Shown here piece after piece: positions 1-9,204 of a stretch of 64,000 bases of DNA. This stretch comes from an uncultured virus (IMG/VR IMGVR_UViG_3300025767_000004) (taxonomy: Duplodnaviria; Heunggongvirae; Uroviricota; Caudoviricetes). Under the pieces are notes generated by a model. It worked only from the letters and a program-made list of their open reading frames with translations. It made no database searches and was not told where the DNA came from. The stretch lies in the IMG/VR virus record IMGVR_UViG_3300025767_000004; one strand, 5' to 3'. Both the position numbers and the translations under genes were made by a program. Positions within the stretch are counted from its first letter, which is position 1. Each line of letters opens with the position of its first letter.

Positions 1-575
1 GCAACCATAAAGTAGTCCTCACCGATACCTATCGCCATTGGTGAACTTTTCCTTGCGGTTACAACCTTATCCTCGTTAGTATCCATCACTAAGATAGCAT
101 ACGCTCCAACAACTTCTTTTAGTGAGAGTCTAACAGACTCCTCTAATGAACATTCACACTTTACCTTAACATAGTGAATCCAATTCACCAAAACTTCAGT
201 GTCAGTATCCGAATGGAATTCATACCCTTCAGACTTTAACTTAGTTTTAAGTGTTTCGTAATTCTCAATAATTCCGTTATGGACTAATGTGATTGTCCCA
301 TCGTTGGATGAGTGTGGGTGGGCATTTCTAACTTCAGGTGCTCCGTGGGTAGCCCAACGAGTATGACCAATAACCATATTAGTCTCACTAAATGTACTAT
401 CCAACTTATTAACCAATTGGTCAACACCTCCCACCGCTCGAGTAACAGTAATCCCGTCTTTAGTACGTATCGCAATACCTGAAGAATCATACCCTCGATA
501 TTCCAAACGAAACAATCCGTTGATTACTTTATTGACCGGTGAGTCATTACCTATATATCCTACAATCCCACACAT
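1..575 (-). CDS. glmS: Glucosamine--fructose-6-phosphate aminotransferase, N-terminal glutaminase part (runs off window start; absent from ORF track)
   Basis: Read manually from ATG at 575: MCGIVGYIG...LFRLEYRGYDSSG...GHTRWATHG...HNGIIENY...FHSDTDTEV...GAYAI...ARKSSPMAIG; Ntn Cys1 and GATase-2 motifs. Confidence 0.95.
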   Translation of the reverse strand, partial: MCGIVGYIGNDSPVNKVINGLFRLEYRGYDSSGIAIRTKDGITVTRAVGGVDQLVNKLDSTFSETNMVIGHTRWATHGAPEVRNAHPHSSNDGTITLVHNGIIENYETLKTKLKSEGYEFHSDTDTEVLVNWIHYVKVKCECSLEESVRLSLKEVVGAYAILVMDTNEDKVVTARKSSPMAIGIGEDYFMV

Positions 576-581
576 ATAATA

Positions 582-797
582 CTATCCTACTAATGTACCT
601 TTAAGACTTCTAAGAGCCTCCATCTTATCTTTTGCCGATGCTAATTGGTCGATAAGACCATCAATCTCTTCCGTGTGTTGTGGGTGTTCCCCAATCGCCA
701 CAGGGTTTTTGAAATAAATGGTTAATCTTGCCGTTGCATCTGCAATATCAGATTCGTACTTTTTGACTGTTGCGTCGTATAATAATTCACTAATCAT
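582..797 (-). CDS. Small conserved phage hypothetical protein
   Basis: 71 aa ORF with PVAIGEHP motif resembling a common aquatic myovirus hypothetical. Confidence 0.6.
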   Translation of the reverse strand: MISELLYDATVKKYESDIADATARLTIYFKNPVAIGEHPQHTEEIDGLIDQLASAKDKMEALRSLKGTLVG

Positions 798-814
798 AAT
801 TCTGTTTTTTAGTT

Positions 815-1870
815 TTACTTTATAAATGTAGTATTTGTTTTTAGTCTTTTCAAGCTCTCGATAAACATTTTTATCACAGATTCTACATCATCTTTATGTG
901 CCATCTCAACAGTTGTATGCATGTACTTTAATGGTGTTGCAACAATCGCAGTTGGTATACCACCATCAGCTAAGAAGAATCCCATAGTGTCGTTACCATA
1001 CGAACCAATCGTTAGTTGGTAAGGTATCTCATTTTCATCTCCAACTGTTCTGAATAACTCAATCAACTGTCTATGGTTTTGTGCGGTGTGTTCAATAGCG
1101 CAACCGTTACCACCAATAGTCTCACAGTCCTTCTTAACATCATACATCGGTGCCTTTGTGATATGACACACATCAGTTACCAATGCAACATCTGGTTTGA
1201 TATTATTAGCAATCATTCTCGCTCCGTACAATCCAACTTCCTCCTGTACTGAATTGACAACATACAAATCAAACGGTAACTTATCACCATTCTCTTTTAA
1301 TCTACGAGTAACCTCTGCGATGATGTAACCACCAATCTTATTATCCAATGCCTTTCCAACATAATAGTTACCCATCTCGTGTAGTCGGTCATCGAAGTTT
1401 ACAATGTTACCCACTTCAATACCCATTTCGATAACCTCATCCTTAGAACTCGCACCCACATCGATAAAGTTATTCTTCAATGATGGATTGTCCTCTTTGT
1501 CTTTTCTTACGTGAATCGCTGGCCAACCAAATACTCCCTTTAGTCTACCGTTCTTTCTCGTATGAATAACCACTGTTTTTGATGGGGCAATCTGATGGTC
1601 TGAACCACCGTGTCTAACCACATATACAAAACCGTCAGCATCAATGTGAGAAATCATCCATGAAATCTCATCACAATGTGCCTCAATAACAACTTTCTGT
1701 GCTCCTTCAATACCTGACTTTACAATACCATAAGCAGTACCATAGTTATCGTGATGAATCTCATCAACATACTCAGTTAAATAATCCGTCCACACCTTTT
1801 GTCCCTCACCTTCTTCGGCAACAGGAGAATACGCATTTAGGTAATCATATAAAAATTCCTTACTGTCCAT
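815..1870 (-). CDS. M42 family metallo-aminopeptidase (FrvX/TET-like)
   Basis: Motifs EAHCDEI, KALDNKIG, SVQEEVGLYGA, VTDV, YMHTTVE; start moved to MDSKEFL (1870). Confidence 0.9.
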   Translation of the reverse strand: MDSKEFLYDYLNAYSPVAEEGEGQKVWTDYLTEYVDEIHHDNYGTAYGIVKSGIEGAQKVVIEAHCDEISWMISHIDADGFVYVVRHGGSDHQIAPSKTVVIHTRKNGRLKGVFGWPAIHVRKDKEDNPSLKNNFIDVGASSKDEVIEMGIEVGNIVNFDDRLHEMGNYYVGKALDNKIGGYIIAEVTRRLKENGDKLPFDLYVVNSVQEEVGLYGARMIANNIKPDVALVTDVCHITKAPMYDVKKDCETIGGNGCAIEHTAQNHRQLIELFRTVGDENEIPYQLTIGSYGNDTMGFFLADGGIPTAIVATPLKYMHTTVEMAHKDDVESVIKMFIESLKRLKTNTTFIK

Positions 1871-1904
1871 ATTTATTAATTTAATACTATTTATTAAAAG
1901 AAAT

Positions 1905-2249
1905 ATGAATATAAAATTTAAAGATATCAACTTACCAGTCACTTTATGTGTCACTCCAGAACAAATACGTAAAGGTATTCAGGGGTTGGACTCATTAAAC
2001 GGTGAAGGATACTTATTTTTCTTATCGGAAGGTCAACATTCCTTTTGGATGAAAGACTGCCTAATCCCAATAGATATTATATTTCTTCAGGACGGTAAAA
2101 TTACAGAAATTTATTCGGATTGCCAACCCTGCACCTCAGAAGATTGTGAAAAATATTTAGGTACTGGTAATATGGTATTAGAAGTTGAATCAGGTTTTTG
2201 TTCACAACACGACATAAAAAAAGGAGAATCCTTTCGAATTCTCCCTTAA
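1905..2249 (+). CDS. DUF192 family protein
   Basis: FWMKDCLIPIDIIF and VLEVESG motifs. Confidence 0.85.
   Translation: MNIKFKDINLPVTLCVTPEQIRKGIQGLDSLNGEGYLFFLSEGQHSFWMKDCLIPIDIIFLQDGKITEIYSDCQPCTSEDCEKYLGTGNMVLEVESGFCSQHDIKKGESFRILP
2223..2244 (-). terminator. Probable intrinsic terminator for the 2273-3757 gene
   Basis: ggagaat...attctcc stem preceded on + by an A7 run (U tract on minus). Confidence 0.5.
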
Positions 2250-2272
2250 TAATTTATAGTTTTAGTTTTAGA

Positions 2273-3757
2273 TTACTCAGCTAATCTACCAATGATTGTC
2301 TTAAACTGACTCTCAGTAATCTTAAAAGTCTTAGCCGATTCTTCTATGTTTGAATTTGCTATCTGTGCTCTTAATTTCTCAACCATCTTACCCTGTACAT
2401 TTTTAGTCAATGCAACATATGGTGTAACACTATTATCTTTTTTTGGTGTATACTTACCATAACTAGGTTTCATTGCTCTTCTAAAGTATTGTAACCCTGA
2501 AATGTTGGTAATACATTTATGACCACCTGAGTTTCTTTCGATTATCTTAATTAATGGAATACCAATTTTGTTTAATACGTCCCATTGTTTGTCCGTCAAC
2601 TCATTTGATGGTTTACTCATAATACTTTCAATTACTTTTAAGTAACTTCTACTCATACCTTCTAACTCTTCATCCGCGTATAGTGCTTTTAAATCTGAGA
2701 ATGTGAAACCTATTGGGTTTTCTAACTTCTCAACTTTACTCCCTTCTGAAACGTGTTTGATAGTTGAAAGAGGTACAATCTTATCTTTACCCCAATCTCT
2801 CATCTCATCAATGATTTCATTAGCAATCTCACCTAAGTTAACACCTTTCAACGCTCTGTCCTCCTTAAATGGATTACACGAAGCCTGTACTAATCCCATT
2901 GGCCAAGCAATAACTAAAAAGTCAGCGTCAGGATAGTTTTTAAACGGAGTATATCTATCATACGAACCTGGTTTAAACATTGAACCACCACCGTATTGAA
3001 CAATAATACCATCTTTATATTCTACATTTGGACTGTCCTTTTGTTTCTCAACATAATTCTCGTGGTTTGCAGTCATATCTTCAGGTGATGCATAACCGTT
3101 TTGTTTAGCTACCTCACGTATCTTCAAATAGATATTAATCAATGATGGAGTACATTCCATTACTAATTGTTCTAAGAAATTTGGTTTGTTTTTATAAGCT
3201 AATAATAATTTGTTAACTACTAATCCGAATAACATCTTATTGTCACCCGCACTTTTTTCTGAATCAACAGTCTTAATGAAGTTAGTAACTTGCTCAGGTT
3301 TAATACCGTGAACCGCATAGTTAGCAGAATCTACTGTCGATATAATTGTAATGTCATCACTCGGGAAAATATCTGAAGGAGAAACAATCTGTGAAATAGA
3401 CTCCACATTCGAACGTGCAGACCTAAACGATACTGCGTCAGTATCATCAGCACCTGCCTGTGAATCGTGGTGGTCAGTATGAATCTTAAAGATTGGCTTA
3501 CCGTGAGCGAAATCAACCAATACTGGCATAATTTCAGAATTTGCCATTGGTTTCTTTATTGTGAATTCTTTGTCTCCGTATTGAATAATCTCAGCGTCAA
3601 CAACTTTAATACCGTTTCTTTGTAAGTAATCTTTCATACCGATGGCAGTAACAACCCCATCTAAATCTTGGTGAAAGAATATCTTAGCATATTGGTATCT
3701 TTTAGCTAACTTATTAATATCCCTTATTCCACCTTCGTTTAATATTTTCTTAGACAT
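2273..3757 (-). CDS. DHH/DHHA1-family phosphoesterase
   Basis: HQDLDG, VDF, TDHH, TVDSA and C-terminal SGGH motifs. Confidence 0.7.
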   Translation of the reverse strand: MSKKILNEGGIRDINKLAKRYQYAKIFFHQDLDGVVTAIGMKDYLQRNGIKVVDAEIIQYGDKEFTIKKPMANSEIMPVLVDFAHGKPIFKIHTDHHDSQAGADDTDAVSFRSARSNVESISQIVSPSDIFPSDDITIISTVDSANYAVHGIKPEQVTNFIKTVDSEKSAGDNKMLFGLVVNKLLLAYKNKPNFLEQLVMECTPSLINIYLKIREVAKQNGYASPEDMTANHENYVEKQKDSPNVEYKDGIIVQYGGGSMFKPGSYDRYTPFKNYPDADFLVIAWPMGLVQASCNPFKEDRALKGVNLGEIANEIIDEMRDWGKDKIVPLSTIKHVSEGSKVEKLENPIGFTFSDLKALYADEELEGMSRSYLKVIESIMSKPSNELTDKQWDVLNKIGIPLIKIIERNSGGHKCITNISGLQYFRRAMKPSYGKYTPKKDNSVTPYVALTKNVQGKMVEKLRAQIANSNIEESAKTFKITESQFKTIIGRLAE

Positions 3758-3771
3758 AAAAATCTTTTTAT

Positions 3772-3779
3772 TATAAATA
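3772..3779 (-). promoter_or_regulatory. Putative late promoter TATTTATA (sense strand)
   Basis: tataaata on +, about 15 nt upstream of the 3757 ATG; recurs upstream of many genes. Confidence 0.55.
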
Positions 3780-3805
3780 CTTTAAAATGAATTAAATTAT
3801 TGTTT

Positions 3806-4654
3806 TTATAGTGATGTAATGTAATTTTTTAATTTATCTTCAGGTTTCCACGATAACAAATCTAATGCATCATCTCTTTCTCTTAGTGTTACCCTATAGT
3901 TTCCGTCTTGGTCAGGTAAACTTGTAGTCTCACAATCAAACCTCTCCTTAAACATATCTGCAACCTCATTGATTGAGTAATTCTCACCCGTTCCTAACTC
4001 CCATGCGTCCTCAACTTTATTGTTAGTAGTCATAATCTTAAACAACGCATCGACAATATCATCTACGTGAGTGAAATCTCTTCGTTGTTCCCCATCACCA
4101 ACAATAGTAATCTTCTGACCGTCATTGATTTGTTGTCTCCACTTACCAATAACTGCAGCCCATTCTCCTTCCATAATCTCACCGGGACCATACACATTAT
4201 AAAATCTAACAACGTGAGTATCTAAGTTGAAACTCTTACGATACATCTTACAAATCTCTTCACCGATGTGTTTATAACACGCATAAGGAGACTGGTATAC
4301 ATTATGCCATCGAGAGGATGAACCTGAGTATATGACTCTCTTAACCCCATTGAGTCTCGACCAATCACATACTATCTGAGTGGTTAATGAGTTCGCAATA
4401 AAAGATTCTGTTGGATTGTCATATGACGGTTGGATACGACTAAGAGCCGCTAAGTGATATACCACATCAATCTCTAATGGGTAATTGAAGAGGTTATTTA
4501 CGTCATCGTGGATGTAAGTTACACCGTCTATTTGATTCTCGATAACACCGATAGATAAATCATCGATAGATGTTACGTTATGACCTTCTTTATATAGTTT
4601 TTTGATTAACGATGAACCGATAAATCCGTTTCCACCTGTGACTAATATATTCAT
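3806..4654 (-). CDS. NAD-dependent nucleotide-sugar epimerase/dehydratase (extended SDR)
   Basis: MNILVTGGNGFIG, YHLAA, YACYK (YxxxK), RFYNVYGP, GDGEQRRDFTHV. Confidence 0.92.
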   Translation of the reverse strand: MNILVTGGNGFIGSSLIKKLYKEGHNVTSIDDLSIGVIENQIDGVTYIHDDVNNLFNYPLEIDVVYHLAALSRIQPSYDNPTESFIANSLTTQIVCDWSRLNGVKRVIYSGSSSRWHNVYQSPYACYKHIGEEICKMYRKSFNLDTHVVRFYNVYGPGEIMEGEWAAVIGKWRQQINDGQKITIVGDGEQRRDFTHVDDIVDALFKIMTTNNKVEDAWELGTGENYSINEVADMFKERFDCETTSLPDQDGNYRVTLRERDDALDLLSWKPEDKLKNYITSL

Positions 4655-4690
4655 ATGTTTTATTTTTAGTAAATATAACATAAAATAAAA

Positions 4691-4710
4691 GGGAGTCAAT
4701 ATTGACTCCC
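4691..4710. terminator. Perfect 20-bp palindrome; terminator and/or operator containing TTGACT
   Basis: gggagtcaatattgactccc; near-identical copy at 17463-17491. Confidence 0.65.
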
Positions 4711-4716
4711 CTTATA

Positions 4717-5382
4717 TTACTCAACCTCTGTTAAGTCGATGTGGTCACGTACGGTATTGTAGAATTCTTCTTTTTTTAGTCGTCTTCCCTTAACCTCTCC
4801 TCCGTCAACATCAACAACGAAAACACACTTATCTGTTATCTTTGTTACATTGTATGTGTGGTTGTATCCCAACTCAATAACATAACCTGACTTTACGATT
4901 TCGAACATTCTCTCCATCTTATTCTCCGTCTCATACTTACGTACGATTGAAGAAACCTCACTCATCTTACGACTTTTCTCTTTTCTTAACTTAGCCATTT
5001 CAAAGTACTTCTTAGTCATCATCTCACCTACCGAGAACACACCCTTCTTTCCTTTGAAATCTAAAACCAACATTCCCGTTAGTGTTAGTAAGTCTTCGTT
5101 AGAGTTTAAGTTAATATTTTTAACGTCCATATCGTAGTACTCTCCGAATTGAATCTCTAACTTTAAATCTCTGTAACCTCCGTTTTCACTAATACGGAAC
5201 ATAATAGAATTTGACCATGTCTTAGCGTCAACAAGTGAGTTAGTAATCTCATACCCATATAAATCCTTAACTGATTTTTTAAGTTCAGTTTTGATTTCCT
5301 CAAAGTATTTGTCAATGTTATTATTCATAACCTCATACTCTGATACTAACTGCTCTAACTCTTTTTTATATTCTAAGTACAT
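4717..5382 (-). CDS. Hypothetical protein
   Basis: 221 aa ORF downstream of a Bacteroidetes promoter. Confidence 0.7.
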   Translation of the reverse strand: MYLEYKKELEQLVSEYEVMNNNIDKYFEEIKTELKKSVKDLYGYEITNSLVDAKTWSNSIMFRISENGGYRDLKLEIQFGEYYDMDVKNINLNSNEDLLTLTGMLVLDFKGKKGVFSVGEMMTKKYFEMAKLRKEKSRKMSEVSSIVRKYETENKMERMFEIVKSGYVIELGYNHTYNVTKITDKCVFVVDVDGGEVKGRRLKKEEFYNTVRDHIDLTEVE

Positions 5383-5404
5383 ATCTTTCCTTTTTTGTTC
5401 ACTA

Positions 5405-5435
5405 CAAAGATAAGCATTAAAACTAAACCACCAAA
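5405..5435 (-). promoter_or_regulatory. Bacteroidetes sigma-70 promoter
   Basis: Minus strand TTTG-N19-TATCTTTG. Confidence 0.75.
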
Positions 5436-5442
5436 GAAACTA

Positions 5443-5835
5443 CTAACTTAATTTACGTTTTATATATGAGGTCACCATCTTTGCAGTTGAATAGTTCGTT
5501 GCCAGTGGAATATCGTGTACGTCACACTGTCTCATCAACATTGAAATGTCTACCTCGTGAGGATGTTTACCTAATGGGTCTCTAAAGAAAATAACCGCAT
5601 GGATATCATTCTCAACAATTCTAGAGGCTATTTGTGCATCACCACCTAACGGCCCACTCTCTAATGAGTTAATCTTATCAACACCAGCATTCTTTAAATG
5701 TTTAGATGTGGTCCCTGTTCCATACAACACAATATTCTCTCTGTTGAAGAACTCTAACCTTTTCATTACAAATGCAACTAAGTCCGCTTTCTTACCGTCG
5801 TGGGCAATTAACGCAATACCTATTTTATCCCTCAT
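5443..5835 (-). CDS. mgsA: Methylglyoxal synthase
   Basis: IALIAHDGKK, GTGTT, SGPLGGDAQI, FFRDPL, HPHEVDI, CDVHDIPLATN. Confidence 0.95.
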   Translation of the reverse strand: MRDKIGIALIAHDGKKADLVAFVMKRLEFFNRENIVLYGTGTTSKHLKNAGVDKINSLESGPLGGDAQIASRIVENDIHAVIFFRDPLGKHPHEVDISMLMRQCDVHDIPLATNYSTAKMVTSYIKRKLS

Positions 5836-5872
5836 TGTTAAATCTATCACTATATTTTATGGTTACCTTTAT

Positions 5873-6124
5873 TTAAATTTTTATCGCTTTAATTATATTC
5901 TCTACCTCAGACCTCTCGAAATACTTATAGTCTTTGACCTCCATAAATTCAACCCACCACTTTCCATTGATGGTATTATCATTCTCATTAGAGATTAGAC
6001 AGAACTGATAGTTATCTTCAGATAAATCACATACATAAAAATAATACCCTTCTTCCGTTCCTGACTCCTCAGAGGTTACTTCGTTTCTTCTGAAACCTAA
6101 ATCTATTAAATCTATTTCTGTCAT
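5873..6124 (-). CDS. Hypothetical protein
   Basis: 83 aa ORF in operon context. Confidence 0.65.
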   Translation of the reverse strand: MTEIDLIDLGFRRNEVTSEESGTEEGYYFYVCDLSEDNYQFCLISNENDNTINGKWWVEFMEVKDYKYFERSEVENIIKAIKI

Positions 6125-6127
6125 ATC

Positions 6128-6796
6128 TTAAAAATTTGTTTTAGGACTATTAATATATTTGTTATGGTATTCCATTATTTTGTCTCTGGCCTCTTCTGCA
6201 TTATCAACAACACGGAACAAATCTAAGTCTTTATCTGAAATGGTCCCGTTCTCAACTAAGGTAGTCTTAATCCATTGAATCAATCCTCCCCAATAATCTT
6301 TACCTACTAACACAATCGGATACTTTACATTGTGACCACATTGTGCCAGTGTTATCGATTCAAACAGTTCATCCAACGTACCTAACCCACCAGGGAATAT
6401 CGCAAACGCCTGTGAGTATTTTAAGAACATAACCTTACGAGTAAAGAAATATCTATTTTCCACACCTAAGTCCACATACGGATTCATTCCCGCTTCGAAC
6501 GGTAACTCAATACCAATACCGATTGACTTTCCCCCTGACTCTTTAGCTCCCTGATTCGCAGCTTCCATAATCCCTGGACCACCACCTGTAATAACTCCGA
6601 AACCTTCCTTTACAATTAGTTCTGCAAACTTCTTAGCCTCTTTATACCATCTGTCTTCGATATTGGTTCTAGCACTACCGAAAACCGAAACACACGGAAC
6701 ATCAATATCATTAAAGGTATCAAAACCTTTCGTGAACTCACCCTGTATTCTGAGGATTTGCCACGCATCTTCACTCTTACTCTTCTGCACGTTCAT
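6128..6796 (-). CDS. LOG family nucleotide 5'-monophosphate phosphoribohydrolase (TIGR00730-like)
   Basis: VFGSAR, ITGGGPGIMEAAN, FFTRKVMF, PGGLGTLDELFE. Confidence 0.92.
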   Translation of the reverse strand: MNVQKSKSEDAWQILRIQGEFTKGFDTFNDIDVPCVSVFGSARTNIEDRWYKEAKKFAELIVKEGFGVITGGGPGIMEAANQGAKESGGKSIGIGIELPFEAGMNPYVDLGVENRYFFTRKVMFLKYSQAFAIFPGGLGTLDELFESITLAQCGHNVKYPIVLVGKDYWGGLIQWIKTTLVENGTISDKDLDLFRVVDNAEEARDKIMEYHNKYINSPKTNF

Positions 6797-7007
6797 ATAA
6801 GTCTTTTAATAGTTCACTATATGTTTCCTCATAATCTTCAATATTAAACACATCAACAGTAAAATATAACATATCATACTTATTCGTAATGTACTGTCCG
6901 AATCTTAAGTCATCCTCATTTCTTTCTTCTCCATATTTGAGAGCCCAATTAAGATACTCCCCATTCAAACTTTCGTAAGTTAATTTTCTTTTTTTTAATC
7001 CCACCAT
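6777..7007 (-). CDS. Hypothetical protein
   Basis: 76 aa ORF overlapping its neighbours; LRFGQ motif. Confidence 0.6.
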   Translation of the reverse strand: MVGLKKRKLTYESLNGEYLNWALKYGEERNEDDLRFGQYITNKYDMLYFTVDVFNIEDYEETYSELLKDLYERAEE

Positions 7008-7639
7008 CTTTCTATATTTTTTTCTATTATTTTAAAAAGTAATTTGTGTGCTCTATCCTGATTTAAATGTGCAATGTTCATTGCAATTATTTGTTTATCT
7101 TCTAACCCCTTCGTATTAAAGTATCCTTCACCGTTTAACACTCTCTTATGTACTAGTGGATACTTTTTAAAGTAGTCATCAAAGTTTTCACCCAACAACT
7201 TACTCTCCCAAGTTGAATACCCTTCTTTATCTTCGACGGGTTCAAACCAACTTTTAGTTTTGTGATAGTCCATATATTCACTCGAATACCATTCATCACC
7301 TACCTTATCAATTAACCTAACACATGTCATCATCACCTCAGCATCTCTTTTTGCTCTGGTATGGATATCTCTATCACCAATATATTGAGACTGAGCTTTT
7401 AGTTTGTGTTGTAAAATGGTATAGATGTATCTATGGTCGTAGTTCCTATCTTTCCAAATAATAGGTAACCAATACTTAAGATTCTTAAACCCCTGTTTAA
7501 TATCTTTAGGAATGTATTTCCAATCGTTACTCCAACGTATTTTTATACTGTTCCACAATTTTTCGTACCATGAAAGTTGTTCACTTTCAAGTTTCCATTG
7601 TTCAAAGATGTCGTTTTCTGGTTCCATACTTATACTCAT
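6995..7639 (-). CDS. Hypothetical phage protein
   Basis: PIIWKDRNYD...RWWD; start moved downstream of the promoter (7639 or 7627). Confidence 0.7.
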   Translation of the reverse strand: MSISMEPENDIFEQWKLESEQLSWYEKLWNSIKIRWSNDWKYIPKDIKQGFKNLKYWLPIIWKDRNYDHRYIYTILQHKLKAQSQYIGDRDIHTRAKRDAEVMMTCVRLIDKVGDEWYSSEYMDYHKTKSWFEPVEDKEGYSTWESKLLGENFDDYFKKYPLVHKRVLNGEGYFNTKGLEDKQIIAMNIAHLNQDRAHKLLFKIIEKNIERWWD

Positions 7640-7647
7640 TAATAGTA

Positions 7648-7679
7648 CAAATGTATGAAAAAAAAAGGAGGGTATCAAA
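7648..7679 (-). promoter_or_regulatory. Bacteroidetes sigma-70 promoter overlapping a terminator hairpin
   Basis: TTTG-N20-TACATTTG on minus. Confidence 0.75.
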
Positions 7680-7685
7680 CCCTCC
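7667..7685 (-). terminator. Intrinsic terminator after the Hc1-like gene
   Basis: ggagggt-atcaa-accctcc with an A9 run on its left. Confidence 0.7.
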
Positions 7686-7691
7686 CTATTT

Positions 7692-7862
7692 TTATTTGTT
7701 TTCCTCTACTGAAGCCTTACGGTATTCAGTGACTAACTTCTTAACTTCTCCAATTGCCTTACGAGCTCTACCCTTACCAGCCTTTGTTGTTGAGTTATGT
7801 CCTTCTTCAAATTGAGTGAATAACTCACTGATTTGTTCAAATAATTCTTGCGTATTCGCCAT
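7692..7862 (-). CDS. Histone H1-like nucleoid protein (Hc1 family, Bacteroidetes type); not in ORF track
   Basis: 56 aa MANTQELFEQISELFTQFEEGHNSTTKAGKGRARKAIGEVKKLVTEYRKASVEENK; KAxxxRARKA...YRKAS signature. Confidence 0.75.
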   Translation of the reverse strand: MANTQELFEQISELFTQFEEGHNSTTKAGKGRARKAIGEVKKLVTEYRKASVEENK

Positions 7863-7882
7863 AATATTAATTTTTTATATGT

Positions 7883-8266
7883 TTATTCTTTATTATAAAT
7901 GAATTTTACCCAACTGTAAAGGCTTCTATTCTCTAAATAATTAAAATCATCATCGTGTTTAAAGGCTTCCTTCTCAAATGGAATGTTGTAATACGCCTCT
8001 TTTGTATCGAAACCGTACTTAACTATATTCCATAAATAAAAGAATACATATAACACATAAAAGGGTATCAATAATAACTCCTGTTGTTGTTTAATGTGTA
8101 TCGATTCGTGATTTATCGTCCTCTTCGTTGAGTGAAGGTTCTTATATCTAGGTGTGTTTAATCTTTCTCTTAAAATTATAAAAGGCCATAACGTTATTCC
8201 TTTTATCTTCATAAACCAACCCAATAGATTTAATGTTCTGTCTGAGTATATTATAATTGTCTTCAT
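7883..8266 (-). CDS. HExxH-containing membrane-associated protein (possible zincin)
   Basis: GITLWPFI...NHESIHIKQ...IPFEKEA. Confidence 0.6.
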   Translation of the reverse strand: MKTIIIYSDRTLNLLGWFMKIKGITLWPFIILRERLNTPRYKNLHSTKRTINHESIHIKQQQELLLIPFYVLYVFFYLWNIVKYGFDTKEAYYNIPFEKEAFKHDDDFNYLENRSLYSWVKFIYNKE

Positions 8267-8284
8267 ACCTATAAGTATATAAAC

Positions 8285-8446
8285 TCAATGTTTAATACTC
8301 ATAATATCATTTAGTAGTGATTTAATGTTGTCTTCACACTCTCTAACATACTTCAGGTCTTTCTCCTGAATTGCAAACAATTTTTGTTCCTCCCACCATT
8401 GAAGTTCATTTTGCATTTGTTCTTTAGTTGTATAACTCTTAATCAT
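8285..8446 (-). CDS. Small hypothetical protein; not in ORF track
   Basis: 53 aa MIKSYTTKEQMQNELQWWEEQ...; start overlaps the upstream stop. Confidence 0.5.
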   Translation of the reverse strand: MIKSYTTKEQMQNELQWWEEQKLFAIQEKDLKYVRECEDNIKSLLNDIMSIKH

Positions 8447-8679
8447 TGTACATCATTTAAATTTACCCCATTCTCACTCATCAGTTCAAATAGTTTCTCT
8501 CTAGCTTCAACATATGTGTTATACTTATCCTTACTATATCCTTCATCTGGCATATACTTATACTGAGCCCTTAACCATTGGTCCATTTCCCAACAAACAT
8601 TCCACCAATCCGATGCTTTGGTTGCTAGTTTGAAATCCTGATTATCTTCGGGTAGATTAAATTCTAAGATTGCTTTCAT
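8443..8679 (-). CDS. Phage hypothetical protein
   Basis: MKAILEFNLPED start resembling a common phage hypothetical. Confidence 0.7.
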   Translation of the reverse strand: MKAILEFNLPEDNQDFKLATKASDWWNVCWEMDQWLRAQYKYMPDEGYSKDKYNTYVEAREKLFELMSENGVNLNDVQ

Positions 8680-9005
8680 TTCTCTTTGGTGTTAAATAAT
8701 TCGTAGGTACTATTACCTGTCTTAAACTTAATGTAATCTTCTCTCTGTTCCACAATCTCTGTAATTGTTGTAGTTTGCCAAGTAAAGAATTGGTTGAATG
8801 GTGACATTAATAAACTTCTGTTGATTAGAGGTTCATCGTGTTTAGATTTAAATGTTCTGTCCTCATTCCATTCAACCCACATTACCTCTTTAGATACTTT
8901 AGTTAAACCATCGCGTTCTCTGACCAATTTCCAGTCAAATTCAGTTTCTAAACCTAGTTCGTTTAGTACATCTACCGGTATTTTTGTTTGTTTTAATTTA
9001 CTCAT
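8676..9005 (-). CDS. Hypothetical protein
   Basis: Start moved to MSKLKQ; WQTT...FKTGNSTY motif. Confidence 0.65.
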   Translation of the reverse strand: MSKLKQTKIPVDVLNELGLETEFDWKLVRERDGLTKVSKEVMWVEWNEDRTFKSKHDEPLINRSLLMSPFNQFFTWQTTTITEIVEQREDYIKFKTGNSTYELFNTKEK

Positions 9006-9153
9006 CTTCTTTTCCTGATTTTCTAGCCAATACCAACCCAAATCCAATTAGTGTTCCACCAAACCAAGACCACATAAACGTATCGGAAAATAGACATACC
9101 CATAATCCTAATGTTGAGATTAAGATTGAATGTCCGTAAGTTGTAATTTTCAT
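8998..9153 (-). CDS. Small membrane protein; not in ORF track
   Basis: 51 aa MKITTYGHSILISTLGLWVCLFSDTFMWSWFGGTLIGFGLVLARK...; follows a -7 box TATATTTG (9174-9181) and its stop overlaps the next ATG. Confidence 0.55.
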   Translation of the reverse strand: MKITTYGHSILISTLGLWVCLFSDTFMWSWFGGTLIGFGLVLARKSGKEDE

Positions 9154-9204
9154 AATTATTATTTATCTCTCTACAAATATATGAAATTTTACTATAACTA
9201 AAAA

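Noticed and set aside
284..490. 68 aa ORF from the track
   Set aside because: Out-of-frame shadow inside glmS.
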